DNA from: Mytilus trossulus
Lineage: Eukaryota
NCBI RefSeq assembly: GCF_036588685.1
Contig: NC_086384.1
Coordinates: 26,412,001-26,476,000 of the forward strand
Direction of reading: 5' to 3'
DNA: 64,000 bases
Every line of letters begins with the position of its first letter. The stretch's first letter is position 1. Below the pieces are notes generated by a model. It saw only the letters and a list, made by a program, of their open reading frames with translations. It was not told where the DNA came from and searched no databases. Positions 52,408 through 64,000 of this stretch are shown one piece after another. The translations under genes and the position numbers were made by a program.

Positions 52408-53455
52408 ATAAAATTGAGAATGGAAATGGGGAATGTGTCAAAGAGACAACAACCCGACCAAATAAAATAACAACAGCAGAAGGTCACCAACAGGTCTTCA
52501 ATGTAGCGAGAAATTCCCGCACCCGGAGGCGTCCTTCAGTTGGCCCCTAAACAAATATATACTAGTTCAGTGATAATGAACGCCATACTAATTTCCAAAT
52601 TGTACACAAGAAACTAAAATTACAATACAAGACTAACAAAGGCCAGAGGCTCCTGACTTGGGACAGGCGCAAAAATGCGGCGGGGTTAAACATGTTTGTG
52701 AGATCTCAACCCTCCCCCTATACCTCTAACCAATGTAGAAAAGTAAACGCATAACAATACGCACATTAAAATTCAGTTCAAGAGAAGTCCGAGTCTGATG
52801 TCAGAAGACGTAACCAAAGAAAATAAACAAAATGACAATAATACATAAATAACAACAGACTACTAGCAGTTAACTGACATGCCAGCTCCAGACTTCAATT
52901 AAACTGACTGAAAGATTATGATTCCATCATATGAACATCAGGCACAATCCTTCCCGTTAGGGGTTTAGTATCATACCATCATAACATATATGAGAAGAAC
53001 ATAACCCGTGTCATGCCAACAACTGTTTTTAGAATAAATGTGTTTAGTTCCGATGCAAAGACCTTATCAGTGACTCAATATAAACGCCAAAATATGCAAT
53101 CTTTAATGACTTGACAACAGTATCGTAATTATATCCCTTCTTTATAAGTCTATTCAAAGGTTTTGTAAGTTTCTGAGGTGAATACTGACACCTTTGTGCT
53201 TTATAAAGAATATTTCCATAAAAAATTGGATGTGAAATACCTGAACGTATAAGAAGTCTGCATGTTGAGCTATATTTACGAATGATGTCTTTATACCGAT
53301 GATAAAATTTAGTAAATGTTTTGACTAGTTTGTGATATCGAAAACCCTGGTGTAATTATTTTTCAGTAATACATAAATTTCTCTCGTTAAAATCTTAAAC
53401 ATTGTTACATACACGAGCGAATCGTACAAGTTGAGATATATAAACACCGTAAGAT
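52408..53455 (-). mobile_element. Second, more truncated copy of the same Penelope/Naiad element
   Basis: Highly similar to 38531-39580 (RT C-terminus plus 3' UTR). Confidence 0.9.
52926..52993 (-). promoter_or_regulatory. SECIS-like element, second copy
   Basis: Same AUGAU/AAA/UGAU fold. One G-U pair is G-C and one A-U pair is an A-G mismatch relative to copy 1. Confidence 0.75.
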
Positions 53456-53889
53456 CATATCAATTTTAAATAGTCATAGTTTGATTAGAAAAACCAAGAC
53501 CAGGCAACAATTTAAACCAGATAGAAAGTCATCAAAATAATGTAACTTCATGCCCTCATTTTTTTTAATCAGTGAAAGTTTTGGCCTGTATTCTTAAACC
53601 TTTTCATGAGAATGATATTTATATCAACTTCATATCCACGTAAATCCATTTTGAATATTAACTAAATAACTCATATAAAAATAATATTGAGGACATTTGC
53701 ATTTGCAAGTCAGGCTGCTAATTATTGTGCAATAGCAAGTGTTTTCAATTGCACAGTATTACGCAATAGCAAGAAATATATAATTGCACAATATTGCGCA
53801 ATAGCAAGACATTTTCAATTGGAGTTATCTTTCTTTGTCCAGAATAGTAGTTGAATCAACTTAAATCATTGTTTTATACAATATACAAT

Positions 53890-54362
53890 GGGCCATTCCA
53901 GTTAATATCTGACAGGTGGGGATGGATGGGGAGAATTTTGTTTATACGTATCAGAAAAAAACCCACGAAAAACAACCTACCAGATCGATAAATTAAGACC
54001 TATCAGATGTAGAGTTTCTGTTCATATTGGGTGGATGGGCTTTCATGGGGAAAAACGACCTATCAGAATTTTTTACTGCAAGGATTGTACCCATCAGAAT
54101 TTTGAATACAATACCAGATAATGCATGATACTTAACTATCTACATTCAAAAGCACCCATAAGATCTGACATAGGCATTTGTGTAACCCCTAAGATGTAAT
54201 TATTTTAAATTATTTACTGCTGCAAGACCCTCTAAAGTTTTTTGTTTATAAGTGTACGTGTCAGATGAGAAAACCCAAATTTTCACCCCTAAGATGTATA
54301 AATTTTACACCCTCAGAAAGGACTATCCAACCTCCTTTAGCAGATATTAACTTGAATGGTCC
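53890..54362. mobile_element. MITE inserted in the HINE
   Basis: TIR GGGCCATTCCAGTTAATATCTG / CAGATATTAACTTGAATGGTCC; interrupts the host sequence ATACAATGTATA. Confidence 0.7.
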
Positions 54363-56591
54363 AATGTATATTCACTTTTACTACCAACTGATAAATTAAA
54401 ACAATCTATACTATTCAGTGATAACAAGCACTTTTTTACATTTTAATATTTTATGATGTATTTAAATGAGTAGTTATTGTTGCAAACTCCATTAGAAATT
54501 TGAATTGAGATCAGTTTTAGAATAAGAAAAGGGGGGGGGGTCAATTTTTCTCATTTCAGATTTCATAAATAAAAAGAAAATTTCTTCAAACCTTTTTTTA
54601 AGAGGATTAATATTCAACAGCATAGTGAATTGCTCAAAAGGCAAAAAATTTTTTTAAGTTCATTAGACATTCATTCTGTGTCAGAAACCTATGCTGTGTC
54701 AACTATTCAGTAATCCCAATCAAAATTCAGAGCTGTATCCAGTTTGAATGTTCTGTCCATACTAGCCCCAACTCTTCAGTGTTTGACCTCTGCGGTCTTA
54801 TAAAGCTGCGCCCTGCATCTGCATCTGGTTGAGAGCTGTCTCATTGGCAATCATACCATATATATTTTTTATATATCATCAGTTCTTTCGAAAGAAATAT
54901 TCCTTCATAAGCTACAACTTGCACAACGCAGATTACCGGTACGCTCATGGTTATGATGTACACGATCACACGTCATCTTGTTGCTACCGGATGTACCATC
55001 TACCACAATTCCAAATTAAAAACTTTATCAAATATTGCCATTTATTACCATTCGTATATTTGAATAATTGAAATGTGTATATACTAGTAATGTATATTGT
55101 ATTTTTATGTATGAATGTTAACTGTATGCATTTATTTTGCTTGAGGGCCTCAATGAAAAGTAGACAACTTCTATATTCAGGCATTGTTCTCTGCATATTT
55201 TTTTTTGTACATATAACCAAGGAATTGTATATTTAAATTCCTTGATATAACTAAATATTCTTCTTCTTCTTTATTTTCAGAAAAAACATCATATTAGTTT
55301 TAACAGAGACATATAATACATTATATTGTATTATATTTCTCTGGTTTTAATTAATAGGCCACGCATTCACCAATTATTAATCATCTTTTTTTCACATTTG
55401 AAAACTTTTAAAAAGAATGAAAATTGAAATTTAGCGGGAAATATTGATTACCTCCCGTGAAAGTGATATTTTGTGAGAAGGACATTTTGGCCACCAGACG
55501 AAAAGTTGGCGCAGGAAATAAAACGAAAGTGAAAGAAGCGTGTTTTTACAAGTTTACCGGCATAAATAGTTGTTTTGATAACAACATTTGTAATTGGGTT
55601 CTGCTAAACAGGTAAATATACACCACCAATAACCAAAACCTATGTAATTACAAATCTGTAACCCAGATGTGCATTTAACTGCAGCATACATAGTTTGAAA
55701 TGTCAACAATCTAAACGGTTATTTTAAAATTTACAAATATGCATAAACATAAAGTATGATAAATCATCTGTTCACTTTCAACATTAATTAGCATAGGTAT
55801 TAATGATCATTGAAGGCTGTGCAATCACACTTTTGCTCATGGACACTGCCAGTTGTCTGATTGGCAAAGTCCGTGGAACATACTCATGAACCATGTCATG
55901 ATACTGTACCACAGCCCACAGATCTGTCATATCTAGTAATTTCAAATATTTATGATGTCTTGAAAGTAGGAAGGCATTCCTGTCAAAAAAAATAGCCTTT
56001 CCAAACTACACATCTAGCTAGAAAGTTCAGGTAAATATATCATTCTTATTTAGATTAAAGATTGAAAAAAAGGGGGGGGGGTAGGAGGGGTCCTGATCAG
56101 GAATCCCAGACTAAAACATGAAATCATGAGGTCCTGAATTTAAAATTTTAAATCCTGCCATCCCGAAATTCGAAAAAAAAAAGAATCCCTGCACCGCAAA
56201 GGGTCAATCCCAAATTCTTAGCTTAAAAACACCCAATCCCTGAGCCAAGATAAAGGTCCTTCCTCTCCTAAGATTGGGGATACCATACACAATTATTTAA
56301 TTTATCTAAAATAACATACTTAACTACATCAAAAGAGGTGGGTTTTTTTTATAGCTAAAATTTTAAAACGAAATATAAGAATAGGATATTTCTTAGTTTG
56401 AATATCCTTTTGATATCTGTGCCATCTCTTTTTTGACTAATGTATGAGGATGTCAGGTAATGGGGGCACCTCTATGAGGAATAACGGTTATTTTTTCGTG
56501 CATGACGATAAAATGTACACTTTCATTGACTTTCTTGTAGACGAATCACGTTAATTTTTTTTCCAAAAATAATCTAACAATAATTGTTTAA

Positions 56592-59539
56592 CCTTCTTTC
56601 TGCCATAGGGCCGATTTGGCCGATGCAGAAACAGTACATTTGACTGCCAAGGATAGGCCCAAAGCCGATGTTGTTTTCCCCTGTGACGTTGTTCCTTGAC
56701 GTCATAGAGGACTTGCAGTGCCCTGCGAAGCAAGCTGGCTTGGAAGGAAAATCAGCCGTTGTTCAGAGTTCTGCTACTGGGCTCATGGACTTTTCTACTG
56801 TACATAAGTGCCATATTATAAAATATAAGCAGGTCCTATATCAATCTGTCCTTTCAGTCCACGGTGTTGACCCAATGTATAAATATGGACACAAAACCGG
56901 AATGTATAAATATGGACACAAAACCAAAAACTCCCAAAAGCCCAAAGGGAGATTCATGCTCGTAGAATAGATTGCAACTTCAAAACCTCTTTGAGTTGTC
57001 CGTAAGTGGCCTGTTGTAAGTCAAAATAGTTTTTTTTCAATTGACAGTCCCTTCTTCTCTCCTGTGTTACCGCTTTTATTAACATATCTTTTTGATTTCT
57101 TATGCGTATTGTAGTAATGAATCATTTCAAATGTCTCGAAAAAATATTTTAGAAGTTAAATTGAAAAGAGAATTCTGTTTTCATTGAAAATTAGGGAAAC
57201 AATTTAACAACTCTCAGTTTTCAATTAAAAAAATACTTTTTCCTGTATGTGACTGAGACACAATTGTTTTCAACTGAAACAGAATAAAGTGTTTGTCCAA
57301 TTAAAACCAAAAAATAAAACCGGTTGCGTCCGTGCATTCGCACCCCAACCTCGACAAAAATAAAGGATAAGGGACAATTCTTCAAATTTTACATTGATAT
57401 GCTGAGTGATTGATTTAGATTAATTATATTTAACACGAACTGTGTCTTATATTTCACAGGCCCTGAGCGTATAAGACACGGGTCGATAACGGTCTCCGAA
57501 TTTGGAAATTTTCTCAAAAATTGGCAAAAAAAAAAGATTATTTAAAAAACAAATTTAAGGAGCATAAAACACTTCAATTTTTACGTCATATAACTAGTAT
57601 TTCTCACTTTCTTTGTTTTTGTAGAGGAGTTGCTGTTCAATGAAATTGGTTTCTTCCTTTAGTAATATAGGTTCACTATAATACCGATTTTTTAAAATAC
57701 ACCGTGTCCTCAAACATGATATAATTGTCTATTTATGCGTGAAAAATATAATACAGTTTCTCCTTATTTTTCTAATCGCATGCACTTTTAAAACTGTGAA
57801 CATCAAATTAAAGATTTTTTAATACTAAAATTCTTAATTTAGAATCGTTTTGTAGTATACGTATTGAGTTAATCAAAATCTATGACTAGTTTGTGCATAT
57901 ACTTAGTACTTATCTTTAATATTTAAACAAACGTTTTGAAATCTGTTTTTCTCTGCAAAAAGCGTTTTACTTTTTAAAGGACATACATTTTGTACCTCCG
58001 AATTGATTATTCAAAGTAAAGTTCATGACCTGTAAAGAGAACACGAGAATATAAAATGTTGTTGTCAATATTCATAGACAGACATTTTACGACAGTCATA
58101 GTTTAGCATCAGTATCACAAAGAATATTTGGATAGGGTACAACATGAACTGATCTGACAAATATGATCATCCAACGGTATTTTTAAACCTAATGTTTGTA
58201 AAGAAATATATATATACGGATACTGATTGAATTGCATTACATTAAGAAACTTACATTGATTTTTCTGATTTAAAATTGCTAAAAGTGGAGCATTATCTCC
58301 CTTTACTTTAAAACCTTCATTGGAATTTCCTAATATTTCATATCTTTGTTATAAGCATAAAAATTAAAGGAGGTGTGAGTAGTGGCATAGAAAAGGACTG
58401 AAATATATGTGTGTTAGTGTGTGTGGGGGGATGGAAAAAGAGGAGGCGCAGAAACAAGAAATGCATAACACACTTCTAGAATTGCGGAGAGGACTTGTCC
58501 TGTTTATCCTTTCGTCCTTCATATATGCATATGTATTTGCCACTTGACGTTAAGCAGCCATCCTTGAACATATTTGGTCGGGTTCTTGTCTCTTTGACAT
58601 ATGCTCCATTTCCATTCTCAATTTGATCATCAACTAAAAAGTATAACAAGACAATGAAACAGTGCCTGTCCGTAATTGTAGGAACTCAATTTCATGCAGT
58701 GGTAATTTTCACAAATAAATTTATATTCTCAGCTCTATCATTCACCGAAATCAACGAAATACCTATTTTCCGTGACAATGCTTGATATTATAGAAACAGT
58801 TTTAATTATAGGCATGCGGAACAAAATCTGAAAAACACAACAAACTTTCCAAATCCCTAAGTTTTTTTATTGCTTTTAATTTTTTCTTCTAAAGTTTGAC
58901 AATGGAATTTGGTACAAAAATCCGAACATTTGAGTTAAATAAAGTATATTACACATAGTGTTTGTTCTAGAACGGGAGTCCGTCGTGAATTTAAAAGTGA
59001 CGCAAAAGACGTCACACTTCTACTGATGGCAATCGAAGTAAAACCGTGAAATATTTAAAACTTAATACTGGTGTTGTCACCATAACTAATTACGGTTTAT
59101 TTCATACAACACAAACGATGAATTTATTCTTCAAAATAATTTCCAGGTTTTACTTCTTTAAAATGGGTTGTGAAATTTTTTTAAAATAACATTAAGGCCA
59201 AAATATTGGCAATGTGGCACATATCTTCTTAATACCAATAAAGTCAATGAGGCTATCAGCTTTTACAAATACTAATAAATTGCAATTAACACAAAAAGAC
59301 TGAACAAAATAAAAAACACAAATACAGTAAAAAATTCGACACTTGAGAGTGATAAATCAACAGAGCAGACAGCTGTGGTGTCATCAAAACGAGCAATCAT
59401 ATGCAGACACCATGCACAATAGCGTGACGTTATCAATTGTTGTAAGGGTTGCCATGGCGCTGTTTGATAACGTACTAAGCCGGGCTGATTCTTAGCAGTC
59501 AAAGGTAAAGCGTGTTCCAATGTCATGGCAGTCAAAGGG
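56592..59539. mobile_element. Non-autonomous piggyBac-like element
   Basis: TTAA|CCTTCTTTCTGCCAT ... ATGGCAGTCAAAGGG|TTAA, with internal TTTGACTGC repeats near both ends. Confidence 0.55.
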
Positions 59540-62500
59540 TTAAGAGCTTTGACGAAGCATAATAAGGATATTTTGAAGAATCATGGTAAAATTTCCAACA
59601 ATTTGATGCTAATGGTAGTTGAAAATGACCGTGTGAGGCCTGAAGGTAAAGGGCATTACTACCCTCATGTATGCCTTGCTGTGCATTTTACTGACGTATG
59701 TCACTCTAAGTTTTGATACATAATGAAACATTATTTGTACTGCCTGTTAAATTTGTATTGCCTAAATGTAAGGAAAGACCAACAGGGTCAAAATTTCATG
59801 TTAGCAAATTGTCAATTTGTAACTTGAAACTGTGTAATTTCAAAATGCTAAATTCGTAAATCATGTAAATTGTCAATTGTAACAGACATACTCTTGATAA
59901 TGTCTGGAGTACATTTAAACCCAATGAAATCAAAAGCACACATATATGTATAGCCTATGTGGTCGAGTGGTCTAGTCTGTAGGGTAAAGTGCAAGCCATT
60001 TTGGTGCCACCATATTTCAGTAGCACGAGTTTAAATCACTAGCAAAGGAAATAAAAAAAAATTGCTAAAGCAAATTTACAGATCTAATATTGTTGGGCTG
60101 ATCTTTAGACGAATATGTTTCCTGATTTAGAGTAATTTCTCACAATTTGAATTGCTGATATTTTCCTAATAAATTTCAGTACAATTTTTTATAATGTCAA
60201 TTGGAATTATCTCCCTTATACCATTGCCTTAATAAAAGAAAATGCTTTGACTTGCATTTTAGTCCAACTTTTTATTTAATTTTTACAACTTTAGATTAAA
60301 TATTTAGATATATCTGGTAGATATTGTCATAATAATTGAATTTGAACATAATTATTTGTTGAATATAACAAAATCAGGATTTTGGCCTCAAATTTCAGGT
60401 TCATCTGATGAAGGTATTTGACACTTTTTAAACACTTGAGTGTCTACTTCAGTCAATTCAATTAGTTTATGTGACAGATTTGAACTGTTTTCATGGTTTT
60501 AGTCATTACAAATGTTTTTCAGATGGTTTTTGTCAACAATGAAAGTGGCCGCTTTCATGTTTAGTCTCAATCTTTATATATGTGATGTATTATCATCAAA
60601 TACAACTTTCATTTAAATATTATAGTAAGAATAAACACAAATGGGACCACTTCCATCATGTCAATTTAAGATGGAAATCATCTAAAAATTAACTCAATGC
60701 TTAAATTGTGAAGATTTCAGTACTAATTTAGCATGACTTCATGATGCTAGTAACCGATATATGTATGGACCATAATTTGCTATTGGGCTCCGTTTCCTAT
60801 AACTATAGAAAAGTGATAAAATGTGAATTACTGTAAGAAAAGTTGTAACTACATCTAAAGATGCCATTATTTTTATCAACATACAAGTGTATGCTACTCT
60901 CCCCTAGAAAAAAATTTGAAATATACGAATTTCAAAGATTCTACAACCGTATTTTTGTGTCGTTTCTCGCGTTACTTTTTGCTTCCGAAGAGCATAACGC
61001 TGACTGATTTATAGATAATCGTCACGGGCAAATTCGTAACTTTTGCTTTCAAATAACAAAGAACATGGACCAATAAGAATAGTGAGAAGAAAATGCCGAG
61101 AACTATAAGTATTTATGTAGCAGATGTAAGAACAGTGGCGTGACTTTTGTGTCCGATTTCGTAACGCAAATTTTAGATGATGTAATCTGCTTTGTTGTAA
61201 TAGAATTCTTAAAAACAATATGCAAATATGAACTCTCGCAAGATGTTCAAACAGGTAAATCAGAGATGATTTACATTCTTGTTTTGATCTTTGTAATAAT
61301 TAAGTAAGAAAATGACGTTATCGTTATGCGTTACATTTCACACGAAACAGAAGTCCAGTTATTTATTAAAATTGTTTTTGTCCTTAAGTTCTAATCATTT
61401 CCGGTCATACGTGAAACATGTGACTAACATGTGATAACGCCAGTACGGCCAGATGTATGAAATACTAGGTCTAAACATTGTTTTTGTTTCCAACGGGATG
61501 TTAGCAAACATAATCTGTAGACTTGTTTCGTCTTGTTTAAAAAAGGAAAATACAATTGTCAAAGAGATTGCGCCGGTGGTCTGTTATTTTTCCTATGTGC
61601 ATAATGTTACATATGATCCTGTGTGAAAAAAAATGCCCAATGACTTGACAAAATCGATTTCATATTTGACAGACGTTAGAACACACTTCGTTTCCCGATA
61701 ATGACGTGAAGAGTCCTTGGAAAAATCAATCGAAATTGCGTCTCTTATCATTGTACCAATGCTCGTTGGATTGATTTAACTTCAGCAGTAAATATTACTG
61801 GATATTTTAGGTGAATAAATATAATTTAATAAAAAATACATGTTAATATACCGTTACACTTGGAATGTACAAAGTTGGCATCTTTGTTACAGTTTTTAAT
61901 TAATATTTTTTATTAATGTTCTGCAAACACTTATCAGAAACGCAATAAACTTGTCAAAGGAGAAGTAAACTTTTACCATGCATGACTTGAAAGGAAGTAC
62001 TTTATTGATTGTAGCCTACTAAAGTAGGTTAAAATGTGGAAACCATGTAGATGGTGTACAGGTCACAAGTATCACATTGTGCCTATTTTAAAGATTTTAA
62101 TTCCAAGTTAAAAGTTTTTTTCTTTACTGGATTTAAAGAATGTTACATTGCCAATGATTTGGAATAAATTGTATATAACTGGAATATCAAAACCAAATAT
62201 AAATACATTTTTTTGGCTTAAACAATAAGATACAACGATTATGGTATCCTGTATCAATGAAGAAAATATGGAAAATTCTGAATAAATTGTACTAATTGTT
62301 TTCAAAACAAGCACATGTTTAGGAGTCTTATAATACTGTTACATTTAAGATGGATTTTAAGAAAAAGTATACTGTTCAGATTATTTTAAGCAGATTTTGC
62401 AATAAAATAAAACTAAAAAAATGCTTTCGGTTTCTTATAGATATAGGAAGATGTGGTGTGAGTGCCAATGAGACAACTCTCCATCCAAATAACAATTTAA

Positions 62501-62711
62501 AAAGTAAACCATTATAGGTTAAAGTACGGCCTTCAACACGGAGCCTTGGCTCACACCGAACAACAAGCTATAAAGGGCCCCAAAATTACTAGTGTAAAAC
62601 CATTCAAACGGGAACACCAACGGTCTAATCTATATAAACAAAACGAGAAACGAGAAACACGTATATATTACATAAACAAATGACAACTACTGTACATCAG
62701 ATTCCTGACTT

Positions 62712-63835
62712 CCCGTACGAAATTATAAGGCGTATTACGCCTGGAAATAAGGCGTAAACCAGGCGTAAGTGGTAGTTACGTGTCTAGATCCAAGCGTAAG
62801 GGAGCAGGAAACGTAAATTTGTAGTCCTGACGGGCGTAGAAAAAAGAAGTTAACCTGGCGTAAATTGAAATAAGCAAGGCGTAAGTTTTCTTACGGGCGT
62901 AAATAGAAATAAGCAAGGCGTAAATTTTCTTACGGGCGTAAAACTGCTAGTATGGCATAAATAAAAATACCCATAATGCTTTGTGTTAAGGATCATGGGA
63001 TTTTTTTTCAAAATTTGGCTCTTAGATTTTAGTTTGCAAGAGTTGGACACATGGCAGCTTCATATATTCAGGGATAATTTGCTTGTTTTGTGCTTTTTGG
63101 AAGAATCTGAAATTGGAAATACTAAATCAAATAAATTAATGAAAATTGTGAAATAAAAGGAAAGTAGTAATACATGGTAAATAATAATAATGTGAGTATA
63201 ATTAAGTATTATGTTCTATCAGAAATTTTGAAATCCCAAAACCTTTATCCTTGGATAATTACATTAAAATCTTTTACTTTAAGTTAAACTGTAGTATTAT
63301 CATTTATATTTTAGTTCAAAAGACAATAATTTTCAAAAACAACTTAGTTAAAATGCTACTTTCATTTCAAGAAAAAGTAATGGTCATATTTCTTATTTAG
63401 ACTTAAACTTATTTGAGCCATTGTCTTCATGAAATGTATGTATTTCTATATTAGCTTCTTCAATGGTTAATATTTCAAATTTTTGTCAAACAATAAGAAA
63501 GTTTGTATCAACTACACAAAAGTACACAGCTAGGTTAATACACTGAAATAAAATAAGTGTAGTATTATGTAAGGATATTACGCCTGGTTAATTTATTGAC
63601 CAGGCGTACTCATTTGCATATTACGCCTATTTTTTTGGTGAACCAGGCGTACTCATTTAAATATTACGCCTAATTTTACGCCTGGTTTACGCCTTAGTTA
63701 CGCCTAATTTACGCCTGGTTGACGCCTGGTTGACGCCTGGATATGCATTTTGTAAACACTGCAATGCCGCCAGGTTAAAGTATGATTTTTACGCCTGATT
63801 TCCGTGTCATATACGGGCGTCACAGTTCGTACAGG
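62712..63835. mobile_element. Non-autonomous EnSpm/CACTA-like element
   Basis: TT|CCCGTACGAA...TTCGTACAGG|TT; arrays of AGGCGTAA (left) and TTACGCCT (right) subterminal repeats; interrupts a common repeat. Confidence 0.65.
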
Positions 63836-64000
63836 TTAGGACAGGTGCAAACATGGTTTCCTGTCAGGTTTAAAAAAAACTTTAATTTAACATTGAAAAT
63901 AGATTTTAAATATTAACATGAAGCAAGTAACACTAGTAATGGTGTTTATTTATGCCTTTTGAAATATATTGTGCAAAATAAAGAAAATAAAGATTGGTTT

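Larger units (their letters stand above)
51825..54830 (+). mobile_element. Second copy of the same HINE family, interrupted by the retrozyme, the Naiad fragment and a MITE
   Basis: Same termini and internal sequence as 26291-28242. Confidence 0.72.

Noticed and set aside
59950-60040. tRNA gene
   Set aside because: Only an A-box-like start is present and no cloverleaf can be folded; more likely a decayed SINE head.

Overview
AT-rich, repeat-dense eukaryotic DNA. The repeat families look like a mytilid bivalve (Mytilus-like; this is inference). The only recognisable host genes are two tandem, same-strand eIF5A paralogs. One is canonical (CDS 20241-25775). The other is divergent (about 37904-48829), with an altered hypusine loop ([12 protein letters not shown]) and a basic N-terminal extension. 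The rest is nested mobile DNA: an apparently intact 10-exon hAT transposon with a 5-bp TSD; an intact ISL2EU (PIF/Harbinger group) element carrying THAP-DDE and SAP-SWIM-YqaJ genes; two copies of a Penelope-like (Naiad-type) retroelement whose 3' UTR folds into a type-2 SECIS; a 353-nt hammerhead-ribozyme retrozyme monomer with a second hammerhead-like motif on the opposite strand; two Transib/RAG-like non-autonomous elements (CACAGTG or CACTGTG ends, 5-bp TSDs); and Helitron/Helentron-derived elements and many MITEs. All coordinates and structures were read by eye; no database searches were run.
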